A stretch of 64,000 bases of DNA. Origin: an uncultured bacterium (GTDB lineage Bacteria; Hydrothermota; E44-bin80). The notes under the pieces were generated by a model, which saw nothing but the letters and a program-made list of their open reading frames with translations, made no database searches and had not been told where the DNA came from. The stretch covers positions 895 to 64,894 of the forward strand of contig CAYMQB010000010.1 in the NCBI GenBank assembly GCA_964392665.1, read 5' to 3'. Made by a program: the position numbers and the translations under genes. The stretch's first letter is position 1, and each line of letters starts with the position of its first letter. Positions 18,435 to 28,433 of this stretch are shown here, piece after piece.

Positions 18435-19889
18435 ATGTATACGGAAATTAAAAAATTAGTAAAACATTCAAGCATATATTCTTTTGGGAGTTTAAGTGGA
18501 CACATTCTCTCGTTTCTTTTGTTACCGGTATATACAAGATTGCTCACGACAGAAGAGTATGGAATTCTTGCAATAATAGGAGTGTTCCGCACAATTGTTC
18601 AAAGAGTAGTAAATCTAGGGACTCAGTCTTCGGTTGTCAAAGTATATTTTGAAGTGGACAACACAGAAAAGAGGAAAGAAGTCACCTCAACTGCTTTTAT
18701 TTTCCTCACAGTTATTGCGGGTATTTTTACACTTTGGTTCTGGCTTTTCAGGGAGAAATTATCAATATTTTTGCTTGATTCACCGCATTTTAGTTTTCTA
18801 TTCTCTTTCGCTCTCATTACATCGTTCTTTTATATAATTAAAACTGTTCCTCTTTCAGTTTTTCGTGCTCAGGGACGAGCATTCACCTACACAATATTTG
18901 CTTTTCTCACGCTTGTTTTGGGACTTTTATTCAATATTATTTTTGTAATTATCTTCCGCGAAAATGTAACAGGGATACTCAAAAGCTCTTTACTCAGTCA
19001 CGTCATAGTTTTTGTACTGGTTCTCATTCCTTTTTGGAAGAACTTTGTGTTTAAGTTCAAAAAAGAATATTTGTCACGAATGTTGAGTTTTGGTTTGCCA
19101 ATAGTTCCGTCAGGCCTTGCTATCTGGATATTGACGCTACTCGACAGATATTTTCTTAAAGTCTTTGCTGATATGGAAACAGTTGGTATTTATTCACTTG
19201 GGTATAAAATAGCAACAATAATGAGTATGCTGGTTATTGTCCCATTCTCAATGGCATGGAGTCCACTTATGCTAAGATGGTATAAGCAGAAAAAGGCGAA
19301 AGAACTCTTTACTAAAACATTTAAGTATTTTTCAGTTTTTGGATTTTTCCTTGTTCTTGCAATTTCACTTTTTTCAAAAGATATTATTCATGTTATGACA
19401 ACACCAGCTTTTTTTGATGCATATAAAATTGTATATTTTATAACTCTTGCTTATCTTTTTCAGGGATTCTATATGATATTTACTACAGGGTGTACTTTCG
19501 TAAGGAAGACCTATTATTTCCCTATTGCCACAGGAGTGGCTGCCGGATTGAACACAATTTTAAACATACTGTTAATTCCAAAATATCAAATGATAGGAGC
19601 CGCAGTTGCGACTGTATTTTCCTATTTGGTTATGACTATACTTATGTATTTATTTTCTGAAAAATATTACCACATTCCGTTTGAATTCAACATTAGCCTA
19701 AAAATTTTCTTTGTTACGACAGTTCTTTATATTGCCGGATTATTCATTGGAGGCAAACTTGTGACTATTGTTGTTATTAAGCTCATGCTTCTTGTTGGTT
19801 TTTTTGTGTTTCTTTTCTTATTCAAGGTTTTTAACAATCAAGAAATTGCTTATGCAAAGGCGTTTTTGAGAAAGAGGAAAAGCGTATGA
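18435..19889 (+). CDS. wzx: Polysaccharide flippase (Wzx, MOP superfamily)
   Basis: 484 aa with 12-14 TM helices; N-terminus 'SIYSFGSLSGHILSFLLLPVYTRLLTTEEYG' is typical of Polysacc_synt/Wzx. Confidence 0.7.
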   Translation: MYTEIKKLVKHSSIYSFGSLSGHILSFLLLPVYTRLLTTEEYGILAIIGVFRTIVQRVVNLGTQSSVVKVYFEVDNTEKRKEVTSTAFIFLTVIAGIFTLWFWLFREKLSIFLLDSPHFSFLFSFALITSFFYIIKTVPLSVFRAQGRAFTYTIFAFLTLVLGLLFNIIFVIIFRENVTGILKSSLLSHVIVFVLVLIPFWKNFVFKFKKEYLSRMLSFGLPIVPSGLAIWILTLLDRYFLKVFADMETVGIYSLGYKIATIMSMLVIVPFSMAWSPLMLRWYKQKKAKELFTKTFKYFSVFGFFLVLAISLFSKDIIHVMTTPAFFDAYKIVYFITLAYLFQGFYMIFTTGCTFVRKTYYFPIATGVAAGLNTILNILLIPKYQMIGAAVATVFSYLVMTILMYLFSEKYYHIPFEFNISLKIFFVTTVLYIAGLFIGGKLVTIVVIKLMLLVGFFVFLFLFKVFNNQEIAYAKAFLRKRKSV

Positions 19890-21232
19890 AAATTTTGCAA
19901 GTCACGATAGGTTTTCCGCCCTATCAAACTGGAGGAACTGACCATCTTTCTTACTTGTTATCTTTTGGACTTGAACAAAAAGATGATGTAGAGTTATATG
20001 TTTTATCTGGAAGGTTGCCGAGAGATTACACGGCTGATATAGAGAGCGAAATATTTGAAAATATGAGAGTTCGGCGTGTTCATTCCTCACGGAGAAAATT
20101 CCTCGAAAGTAGAGTTCCTAATGTAGAAATATCAACCTATAAAAATCTCTACTACGAAGGATTGTTTGAGAAATTTATAAAAGAGCTTAAACCAGATATA
20201 GTTCACTTTCAGCATACAATAGAACTATCTACTTCACTAATACATATCGCCAAACGGTATGCCAATAAAACAATAGTTTCATTACAGGATTTTTGGTATT
20301 TTTGTCCTCGTATTCATTTGTTGAAGCTTGATGGGGCGGTTTGCAGCGGTCCCGAATTCGGATTCAATTGTTACTATTGTAGAACCAAAAATAATGTTAG
20401 TTGTCGAGGATTGCACACATATAAGAGTTCTCGTGGTAAGATTATCTCGAAAATCCCGTTACCTATAAAAACATTCCTGAAAGATAGAATTCAGAGAAAA
20501 CAGTATTATAGAACTGAAAGAGAATACGGTAAAATATTGCCTTTTATTTCCAGATATTATTATGTTATGGAAACATTAAAAAGCGCAGATTATATTCTTT
20601 CGCCATCACGGTTCTTGAAGGAATCATATGTTAAGATCGCGAAAATTAATCCTTCGTCTGTTCTGACGATTCCGCTTGGTATTGTTCCATTTAGCATTAA
20701 GAAGAAAAATTCGTTTTCAAAACCTGTTTGCTTTGGTTTTGCTGGTTCACCTTCAAAGCATAAGGGTTCACAACTCTTATTTGATGTTTTCAAGAAAATT
20801 CCTGAGGATAAGGCAAAGCTTGAAATCTGGGGGAAAGGTTGGGAAGCTTTCTCTAAAAAAGCAAGATTATCAAAAAACATCGATTTTAAGGGAGAATATA
20901 CCCATAGGAATATTGGTGAAGTTTTTTCTTCATTTGATGTATTGGTTATTCCATCTATTTGGGGAGAAACATTTTCCTTCGTTGCTCACGAAGCATTCTA
21001 TGCGAAAATGCCCGTGATAGCTTCAAATATTGGTGTTTTTCCGGATATAATCCAGGACGCGAAGAATGGTTTCCTCTTCAATGTAAACGATAGCGAATCA
21101 CTGTTAAAAAGTATTAATATAATAGTTGAGAATCCTGAGATGATAAAGAAACTGTCAAAAAACATAGAGAAGCCAAAATCTGCAGAAGAATATGTAGATG
21201 AAATTTTCAGTATGTACAAGAACATATTGTGA
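19886..21232 (+). CDS. Glycosyltransferase family 4
   Basis: 448 aa; 'MKILQVTIGFPPYQTGGTDH' N-terminal GT4 motif; C-terminal 'ETFSFVAHEAFYAKMPVIASNIG' is the E-x7-E-like Glycos_transf_1 region. Confidence 0.7.
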   Translation: MKILQVTIGFPPYQTGGTDHLSYLLSFGLEQKDDVELYVLSGRLPRDYTADIESEIFENMRVRRVHSSRRKFLESRVPNVEISTYKNLYYEGLFEKFIKELKPDIVHFQHTIELSTSLIHIAKRYANKTIVSLQDFWYFCPRIHLLKLDGAVCSGPEFGFNCYYCRTKNNVSCRGLHTYKSSRGKIISKIPLPIKTFLKDRIQRKQYYRTEREYGKILPFISRYYYVMETLKSADYILSPSRFLKESYVKIAKINPSSVLTIPLGIVPFSIKKKNSFSKPVCFGFAGSPSKHKGSQLLFDVFKKIPEDKAKLEIWGKGWEAFSKKARLSKNIDFKGEYTHRNIGEVFSSFDVLVIPSIWGETFSFVAHEAFYAKMPVIASNIGVFPDIIQDAKNGFLFNVNDSESLLKSINIIVENPEMIKKLSKNIEKPKSAEEYVDEIFSMYKNIL

Positions 21233-22104
21233 CAATGTTATCCGTAGTTGTTGTAAATTGGAATACGAGAAACATCCTCTTTAAATGTTTACAGTTGTTA
21301 GAAAAAGAAAGGGTTGATGAAATCATAGTAGTTGATAACGCTTCCTCTGATGGTAGTGTGATGATGTTAAAGGATCACTTCGAGGGAATTCATGTTATTG
21401 AGAACAAGAAGAATGTTGGTTTTGCCAAAGCAGCAAATGTGGGAATCAGATATTCCTCGGGCAACTTGATCTTGCTAATCAATTCTGATATATTTGTTAA
21501 AAAGGGTGCGATTGAGCAGATAAAGAGATTCATGGAAAACAATATGGATGTAGAAATTTCTTCTCCTTTGTTATATTCGGAAGATGGGGAGGAAATTGAA
21601 AACCACCGCCCTATTCCAAACTTGACATATATGTTGTTGAATTACTCATTTGCGTTACGACTTTTCCCTTTTTTGATTGTGTTTGTTCCAAAATACCTAC
21701 AGGGGGCTGCATTGGTTTTTAGAAAAACGTTTTTTAAGAAAGTTGGCTTGTTAGACGAAAGATTTTTCTTCTACGCAGAGGATGTGGATTTATGCCTTCG
21801 AACGAAAAAAAAAGGATTAAAAATAGGTATCATACCAACGGCAAAAGCAGTTCACCTTTGTGGTGGTAGTTCAAAAAGAGTGTCAAAAGAAAAGTACTAT
21901 CTCAAGAATATTGAATCGAATCTGCAATTGTTTGAGAAATATTATCCTAAATTAGTAAATTTCTTTATTAAAAAACTTATTATAACCCATTTTGCTATTA
22001 GAAACATTTTCAATTCCTTCATCTCACTTTCATATGTAGATGGAAAGGAGATAGAAAAAAAGATGTGTTTCTACAGACAAATAATGGATATATGCAGAAA
22101 ATAA
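21229..22104 (+). CDS. Glycosyltransferase family 2
   Basis: 291 aa; 'LSVVVVNWNT...VVDNASSDGS' GT2 signature, DxD-like 'NSDIF', 'YAEDVDLCLR'. Confidence 0.75.
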   Translation: MTMLSVVVVNWNTRNILFKCLQLLEKERVDEIIVVDNASSDGSVMMLKDHFEGIHVIENKKNVGFAKAANVGIRYSSGNLILLINSDIFVKKGAIEQIKRFMENNMDVEISSPLLYSEDGEEIENHRPIPNLTYMLLNYSFALRLFPFLIVFVPKYLQGAALVFRKTFFKKVGLLDERFFFYAEDVDLCLRTKKKGLKIGIIPTAKAVHLCGGSSKRVSKEKYYLKNIESNLQLFEKYYPKLVNFFIKKLIITHFAIRNIFNSFISLSYVDGKEIEKKMCFYRQIMDICRK

Positions 22105-23252
22105 AAGTAGCAATGGTTGATGATAGATACAGAATGTATCGAAATGATCTTGTAAAAGCATTAGATAAAACCAGTGTTTCTATAACTGTTATTTCTCCAT
22201 ATAATGATAAGGATTCCGGTATAATAAGGGGGGGTAAATGGCTTACCCCTATCTCGAAATATAAATCCTATCTTAGAGTAAGACCACTGAGAGTGTTAAG
22301 CTACTTTCTTATCAGAGAAAACAATATTTTATTAAGAGATAAATTTATTGATGAATTAAAACCGACAGTAATACATATGCAAGGAATATCCTTTCCATTG
22401 CTTGAATTATTGGTGGGGAAGGCATTTGATATTCCCAAAGTTATAACTGTGCACAATATTTTTCCTCATGAGAAGTCATTATATAATTTGTACAATTATC
22501 CTCAAGTGGTTAAAAAAGCCTATGACAAAATGGGATTTAATGCTTTTGTTGTTCATTCAGAGATACTTAGAAAGAGACTGTGTTCATTTTATCCACCAAG
22601 TTGTCAACGAATAAACGTAATTCCGCACGGATGCAATGGAGAGGTGAAAATTGTGAAAAAGAAGGAAGCGAGAAACGCACTCAATTTGTCTAAAGATATT
22701 TATCCCTTAATCCTATTTTTGGGTGGTATTCGAAGGTATAAAGGATTAAAATATCTCATAAACGCTTTACCTCATCTATTTAAAGATTATCCTAAAGGGA
22801 AACTCATAATTGCTGGAAGGCCTATGTATGAGAAATTCAGCAGATATAATATGATTATAAGGAAGATGAAGCTTGAGGATAAAATAATACTAAGAATTGG
22901 TTATATACCTGAAGAAGAGGCAAACTTTTATTTTCAGGCAGCAGATTTAACTGTTTTGCCATATACAAGATTTACCGCACAGAGCGGAGTACTTCTACGT
23001 GCATACGCTAATCAGTGTCCTGTGGTTGTAACCGATGTTGGTGCAATGGGTGAGTTGGTAAGAGAAGATTCAACAGGTATTGTTGTACCACCAGAATCAA
23101 GCAAAGCCCTCGAAGGTGGCATATTGGAGATCTTATCGGATAGAGTAATGCAGGAGAAGGTAAAACGAAATATGAAAGCCGCTGTTCAAGAGAAGTATAA
23201 CTGGGAAAAAATTGCAGAAGAGACCGTTGCACTATATAATCAAGTCCTCTAA
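22092..23252 (+). CDS. Glycosyltransferase family 4
   Basis: C-terminal 'TAQSGVLLRAYANQCPVVVTDVGAMGELV' Glycos_transf_1 motif; likely start 'MQKIKVAMV' at 22092 (ORF track 22065); contains a G7 tract at 22228-22234. Confidence 0.65.
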   Translation: MQKIKVAMVDDRYRMYRNDLVKALDKTSVSITVISPYNDKDSGIIRGGKWLTPISKYKSYLRVRPLRVLSYFLIRENNILLRDKFIDELKPTVIHMQGISFPLLELLVGKAFDIPKVITVHNIFPHEKSLYNLYNYPQVVKKAYDKMGFNAFVVHSEILRKRLCSFYPPSCQRINVIPHGCNGEVKIVKKKEARNALNLSKDIYPLILFLGGIRRYKGLKYLINALPHLFKDYPKGKLIIAGRPMYEKFSRYNMIIRKMKLEDKIILRIGYIPEEEANFYFQAADLTVLPYTRFTAQSGVLLRAYANQCPVVVTDVGAMGELVREDSTGIVVPPESSKALEGGILEILSDRVMQEKVKRNMKAAVQEKYNWEKIAEETVALYNQVL

Positions 23253-23303
23253 TATTTTGTTTCAAAGGGATTGCAAGGTTAGTGGAATATTGTTAACAAG
23301 ATC

Positions 23304-24590
23304 ATGAAAAATAATGTATTAATAATTGCATATTATTTCCCTCCTGTTGGGGGTGGGGGTGTTCAGAGAACTACTAAATTTGTAAAGTATTTACCTGAAT
23401 TTGGATGGGAGCCGGTTGTTTTAACAGTAAGAGAGGAAGTATATAAAAAGGCAGGTCGTGCTATCGATGTAACTCTACTAGATGATATTTCTCCGAATGT
23501 CCATATTGTGAGAACAAATTCGATTGACCTTGCACGGGTATCTTCCCGAATTAAGACGCAAAACGAATCGAAAATGTTTTGGATGAACTTCAAAAGTTTG
23601 CTGAACAAGAGCAGTGGTTTATTTATAAATCCTGATGCACAAATGCTATGGATACCTGTTGCTGTGAGAGAAGGGCTTAAGATTATTAAGAAATACAATA
23701 TAGGGGTTATCTATTCAACAGGTAATCCTTGGTCAGATCACATTACAGGTATGATACTTAGAAGAATAACGGGAATTCCGTTCGTGGTAGACTATAGAGA
23801 TCCATGGAATGTTAAACCGTATGTTCCGTATTCTTCAAAGATGAGGAAAAGTATTCAGTTTTTCCTTGAAACGATGGTAATGAAGAGCGCAGACCAAGTT
23901 ATTTTTGCAACTAAAGGAATGAAGAGAGATTATAGAGAAGTGTTTGCAAATGGGAGATTTGAAGTAATTCGGAATGGGTTTGATGCGAGCGATTTTACTT
24001 ACGTAAAGCCAAAAAAGTTTCCTGAATTCACTTTTCTTTACGCAGGGAACATCCCGGGATATTTTAAAAGGCCCTCCGGTTTGATCTATGCTATGGCAAA
24101 GTGGCTTGAAGAACATCCAGAGCTGAGGGAAAGGATAATGATTAATTTTTTGGGAAAGAAAGATGAAAGAATGGAGTTGATTGTAAAAGAGAATCACTTG
24201 TTGGATGTAGTTTATTTTCGTGGATACAAATCTCATAAAGAGAGCATTGCTTTTCAACTCGGAGCGGATGTGCTTTTCTTGGCACTTGAAGAAGATATTG
24301 GGAAAACAGCCATTCCAGGAAAATTATTCGAGTATCTTGCATGTGGAAAACCTATACTTGCTCTTGTCCCTCGCAAAGGAAAAGCTGCCGACATATTAAG
24401 AAAAGAAGGAAGAGAGGAGTTTATAGTGAGTCCTGGGAATGTGGAAGCCATCAAAAATGCGATTGCGACACTATATGAGAAGCATAGGAAAGCTTGCTTT
24501 CCTCACCATTCTGTCAAGCATCTTGAAGATTATACTCGAAAAAAGGCAACCGAAAAACTAAGTAAGATATTTTTCAAGTTGAAAAGATGA
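23304..24590 (+). CDS. Glycosyltransferase family 4
   Basis: 428 aa; 'IIAYYFPPVGGGGVQRT' GT4 N-terminus; C-terminal 'GKLFEYLACGKPILAL' Glycos_transf_1-like. Confidence 0.65.
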   Translation: MKNNVLIIAYYFPPVGGGGVQRTTKFVKYLPEFGWEPVVLTVREEVYKKAGRAIDVTLLDDISPNVHIVRTNSIDLARVSSRIKTQNESKMFWMNFKSLLNKSSGLFINPDAQMLWIPVAVREGLKIIKKYNIGVIYSTGNPWSDHITGMILRRITGIPFVVDYRDPWNVKPYVPYSSKMRKSIQFFLETMVMKSADQVIFATKGMKRDYREVFANGRFEVIRNGFDASDFTYVKPKKFPEFTFLYAGNIPGYFKRPSGLIYAMAKWLEEHPELRERIMINFLGKKDERMELIVKENHLLDVVYFRGYKSHKESIAFQLGADVLFLALEEDIGKTAIPGKLFEYLACGKPILALVPRKGKAADILRKEGREEFIVSPGNVEAIKNAIATLYEKHRKACFPHHSVKHLEDYTRKKATEKLSKIFFKLKR

Positions 24591-24650
24591 ACCTGTGCAA
24601 TTTTAACACAAAAATATAATGAAATCAGACTATTAAAGTGGAAAGATGCT

Positions 24651-25853
24651 GTGCTAAATAAAATTGATGAGAAGACATTGTCTCTGCAGATTTCAAAGGT
24701 TACATACAATGGCAGTGGGACAAATAAGAGTGTAGAAACCAACAAAACGGTAATTTTGCATATTATTACTAATGTTAACATTGGAGGTGCGGAAATAACT
24801 TTGCTAAGAACAATGAAGCATTTTGATAAAGGCAAATTCAATCATATTGTGCTAACGCTTCTTCCAAAAGGATATTTGCTGGAAAATTTCAAGAAAATTG
24901 GAGTCGAGGTTCATTGTCTTGGCATGAAAAGTCGCTTCGATATCTTAGCGTTATTCAGATATTTTCGTTTCTTAAGGAAAAAAAAACCCAAGATAGTTGT
25001 AGCTTACCTTTTTCATGCGCTCAGTTTTGCTGTAATAGGAAAGATATTTTATTCAAGAACCATTTTGATTCACTATAAACGTAGTATTACTTTTTCTACA
25101 ATTTTTAGAGATAAAATGGGAAAGGTTTTCAGTTTTTTTATTGACTATCTTATTGGGATTTCCAAGGGGGTTGTTGATTCCGAGCCAAGAAAATTTCAAT
25201 ACGGGTTCAATAGCTTCATTGTTTACAATGGCATTGAACTACCCTCAATTACTTCGTCGAATCAAGAAAGGACACAACATCAAATCATCATTGGAACAAT
25301 TGCCAGACTAAATCAAGCAAAGGGTTTACGTTACTTAATTGAATCTGCACGAAGAGTAAAGCTGAAAAAGCCGAGTGCCAAATTTCTTATCATCGGTGGT
25401 GGTGAACTATATAGTAGTTTAAGAGAAGCAATAGAGAGAAAAGGGCTTGAAAACTACGTAAAATTAGAGGGAGAACAAATAAATACTGAGCGCTATTTCA
25501 GATTGTTTGATATCTTTGTTCTACCATCATTATATGAGGGTCTTGGCAATGTTCTTCTTGAGGCAATGTCCTATGGAATACCGGTTATAGGAACTAATGT
25601 TAGTGGAATAAACGAAATTATTAAGAATAGTGAAAACGGACTGTTAATAGAACCGAAATCTTCCGAAGCAATAACAGAAGCAATAGTCAGACTAATTGAA
25701 AAGCCAATCTTAAGACAAAGGCTGGGACAGAGAGGTAGAAAAACTGTTGAAAGAGTTTTTACAATCGAGAGAACAGTTAATAGACTGGAATCAATATTTG
25801 CACAAATATTAGAAAAGGATTTAACCTCAAGCAAAGGAATGGGAAATGGTTAA
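24651..25853 (+). CDS. Glycosyltransferase family 4
   Basis: 'ILHIITNVNIGGAEI' and 'EGLGNVLLEAMSYGIPVIGTNVSGINEII'; contains an A9 tract at 24978-24986. Confidence 0.7.
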   Translation: MLNKIDEKTLSLQISKVTYNGSGTNKSVETNKTVILHIITNVNIGGAEITLLRTMKHFDKGKFNHIVLTLLPKGYLLENFKKIGVEVHCLGMKSRFDILALFRYFRFLRKKKPKIVVAYLFHALSFAVIGKIFYSRTILIHYKRSITFSTIFRDKMGKVFSFFIDYLIGISKGVVDSEPRKFQYGFNSFIVYNGIELPSITSSNQERTQHQIIIGTIARLNQAKGLRYLIESARRVKLKKPSAKFLIIGGGELYSSLREAIERKGLENYVKLEGEQINTERYFRLFDIFVLPSLYEGLGNVLLEAMSYGIPVIGTNVSGINEIIKNSENGLLIEPKSSEAITEAIVRLIEKPILRQRLGQRGRKTVERVFTIERTVNRLESIFAQILEKDLTSSKGMGNG

Positions 25854-26820
25854 GAGGTATTTAAATAACAGTAGAACAAGGGTTTTGGTGACAGGGGCTG
25901 CAGGTTTCATAGGTTCTCATCTCTGCGAAAAACTGTTAAAAAAAGGACACAAGGTACTAGGAATAGATTGTTTTACGGATTTTTATCCGAAGGCAATAAA
26001 GACAAGAAACTTGCAGACTTGCCTAAAAAACCCAAATTTTGAATTTCGTGAAACTGATATATTGAGTTTGACCTCTATTGATAAAGATATTGGATATATA
26101 TTTCATACTGCTGCCCAAGCGGGCGTAAGAGCAAGTTGGGGGGGGAATTTTGATATCTATACAAGAAATAATATCCTTGCTACTCAGCATCTCCTTGAAT
26201 TATCCAAAAACCATAAAAAGGTTAAGAAAATCATTTATTCTTCATCTTCATCAGTCTATGGTGATGCAAAAATATTGCCTACAAAAGAAGATACTGTGCC
26301 TAAGCCTGTTTCTCCTTATGGAGTTACAAAACTTGCTGGTGAACATCTGTGTCGCCTGTACAATAAAAACTTTGGTGTTCCCGTTGTTTGTCTCAGATAT
26401 TTTACAGTTTTTGGACCACGACAGAGACCGGATATGGCTTTTTACAAATTTATAAAATCCGCAATTAACGGTAAACCCATAATTATTTATGGGGATGGCA
26501 GACAATCGAGGGATTTTACTTATGTTTCGGATGTCGTAGCAGCAAATATTCTTGCAATGCAAAAGGACACTGAAGATACCATTTTTAATATCGGAGGAGG
26601 TAATTATGTGACAGTTAATGAGACGATAGAACTCCTTGGAAAATTGTTGAAATTACCTGTCAATGTTAAGTATAAAGAAAAAGAAAAAGGTGATGTAAGA
26701 GATACAAGTGCAGATATTAACAGGGCAAAACGAGAACTGGGGTTTAATCCAAAATACGATTTGAACTATGGTTTGGAAAAGGAATTAGAATGGATAAAAA
26801 AAATATATAACATATCCTAA
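25846..26820 (+). CDS. NAD-dependent epimerase/dehydratase (extended SDR; UDP-sugar 4-epimerase / WbpP-like)
   Basis: 324 aa; Rossmann 'VLVTGAAGFIGSHLCEKLL', catalytic 'SPYGVTKLAGE' (YxxxK); contains a G8 homopolymer at 26138-26145. Confidence 0.75.
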   Translation: MVKRYLNNSRTRVLVTGAAGFIGSHLCEKLLKKGHKVLGIDCFTDFYPKAIKTRNLQTCLKNPNFEFRETDILSLTSIDKDIGYIFHTAAQAGVRASWGGNFDIYTRNNILATQHLLELSKNHKKVKKIIYSSSSSVYGDAKILPTKEDTVPKPVSPYGVTKLAGEHLCRLYNKNFGVPVVCLRYFTVFGPRQRPDMAFYKFIKSAINGKPIIIYGDGRQSRDFTYVSDVVAANILAMQKDTEDTIFNIGGGNYVTVNETIELLGKLLKLPVNVKYKEKEKGDVRDTSADINRAKRELGFNPKYDLNYGLEKELEWIKKIYNIS

Positions 26821-26839
26821 GCTTTGAATTGTTTTCAAA

Positions 26840-28003
26840 ATGAACAAAAAAAAGATAAATGTTATTCATATAATAACTGAGTTAGCCATTGGTGGGGCAA
26901 CCGAAAATACCATAATTACTGCTTCTTCTTTGAATAGAAGAAAATTCAATACTATTATTGTCTCTGGGAAAGAAGAACAAAATGACGATCTTGTAAAACG
27001 TGTTAAGCAGGAGGAAATCCCATATTTTGTTAATAAAAACCTTTGCAGGTTAATAAATCCGGCAAGGGATTTACTATGTTTATTGACGCTTACCAAATTT
27101 ATCAGGGAACACAAAGGGATTGTTGTCCATACACATAGTTCAAAAGCAGGTATCATTGGTAGGATAGCAGCATTTTTGGCCGGGAGCACAATTATTATCC
27201 ATACAGTTCACGGGTGGAGTTTTCATCAATATTGGAAGAGATGGGAAATGTATATTTTTATTCTTTTAGAAAGATTTGTAGCACGATTTACCGATAGGAT
27301 TGTGTGCGTTACCACAATGGATATTCTTAAAGGATTAGCAAGCAATATTGGAAGAATTAATCAATATGGTGTGATTCGCAGTGGATTTGATATTAAGAAA
27401 TTCCAGGGTAACAAAGATACTACAGACAAAATGAAGAAACAATTTGATTTTCCCTTGAATCAAAGGATTGTGGGAACAGTTGGAAGATTATCACAACAAA
27501 AAGATCCTGAAACATTTGTTAACGTAGCGCACTTGGTAAGTAAGATAAGGAAAGATGTGATATTTGTTTTTGTTGGAGAAGGAGAGTTGCGGAAAAAGAC
27601 AGATAATCTGATACAACATCTCAAAATGGAGAAATATATCTATCTTCTGGGTGCACAGAAGAATGTTGAAAAGATTTTTCCACTCTTCGATGTATTTCTT
27701 CTAACATCATTATGGGAAGGTTTACCAAAAGTTATTCCACAGGCTATGGCATCGGGTATACCAATAGTTTCTACTGCAGTCGATGGTGTTAAAGAAGTGA
27801 TTAAAAATGAAACAAATGGTTATCTTTCAAAACCCGGAGATGCTGAATCTCTTGCAGAAAATGTAATTAAACTACTTAACGATAAAGAGAAATCCAGACG
27901 ATTTGTATACAACTCAAAACGCTTAATAAAACAGTTTGACTCTAAATTAATGGTAAAACAGATTGAAAGAACTTACAGTGATTTAATTAGCAAGAAAACA
28001 TAA
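26840..28003 (+). CDS. Glycosyltransferase family 4
   Basis: 387 aa; 'INVIHIITELAIGGATE' and 'EGLPKVIPQAMASGIPIVSTAVDGVKEVI'. Confidence 0.7.
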   Translation: MNKKKINVIHIITELAIGGATENTIITASSLNRRKFNTIIVSGKEEQNDDLVKRVKQEEIPYFVNKNLCRLINPARDLLCLLTLTKFIREHKGIVVHTHSSKAGIIGRIAAFLAGSTIIIHTVHGWSFHQYWKRWEMYIFILLERFVARFTDRIVCVTTMDILKGLASNIGRINQYGVIRSGFDIKKFQGNKDTTDKMKKQFDFPLNQRIVGTVGRLSQQKDPETFVNVAHLVSKIRKDVIFVFVGEGELRKKTDNLIQHLKMEKYIYLLGAQKNVEKIFPLFDVFLLTSLWEGLPKVIPQAMASGIPIVSTAVDGVKEVIKNETNGYLSKPGDAESLAENVIKLLNDKEKSRRFVYNSKRLIKQFDSKLMVKQIERTYSDLISKKT

Positions 28004-28009
28004 GCAATA

Positions 28010-28433
28010 ATGAATAAACCTATTATTCTTGTTGTTGGGGCAAGACCCAATTTTGTTAAGGCTTCTCCTCTCTTCAACGCAATGAGAGAAAGAAAGATAA
28101 ATACTATTCTAATTCATACGGGTCAACATTATGATTATGAATTGTCCAAAACATTCTTTGAGGATTTTAGCCTGGGTAAACCCGACATAAATCTTGAGGT
28201 GAGTTCTGGAAATCATGGTGAACAGACAGGTAGGACTCCGGAGTTACGATAGAAGAATGCCAGAAGAGATAAACCGTGTGCTTACAGATGCTATTGCGGA
28301 TTATTTATTTACGCCTTCGTTGAATGCGAATGAAAATCTTAAGAAAGAAGGTATTGCGGATGAACAAATCTTTTTTGTAGGGAACATTATGATAGATTCG
28401 CTGGTAAAACATCTACCGCTTATGTGGACATAA
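28010..28433 (+). pseudogene. Decayed UDP-N-acetylglucosamine 2-epimerase (wecB-like) remnant: N-terminal ~150 aa only, internally deleted and frameshifted
   Basis: Two short ORFs, 28010-28252 and 28215-28433. The first, 'ILVVGARPNFVKASPL...IHTGQHYDYELSKTFF...NLEVSSGNHGEQTG', matches the WecB N-terminus. The second, 'LRSYDRRMPEEINRVLTD', matches WecB at about residues 125-180. About 45 aa between them are missing and the whole C-terminal domain is absent; ~55% identical to the intact convergent wecB. Confidence 0.6.

Noticed and set aside
23340-23360. GGGGGTGGGGGTG run in GT4 gene 23304-24590
   Set aside because: It encodes the conserved glycine-rich 'PPVGGGGVQRT' nucleotide-sugar-binding loop of GT4 enzymes. 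It is interrupted by T residues and is therefore unlikely to slip.
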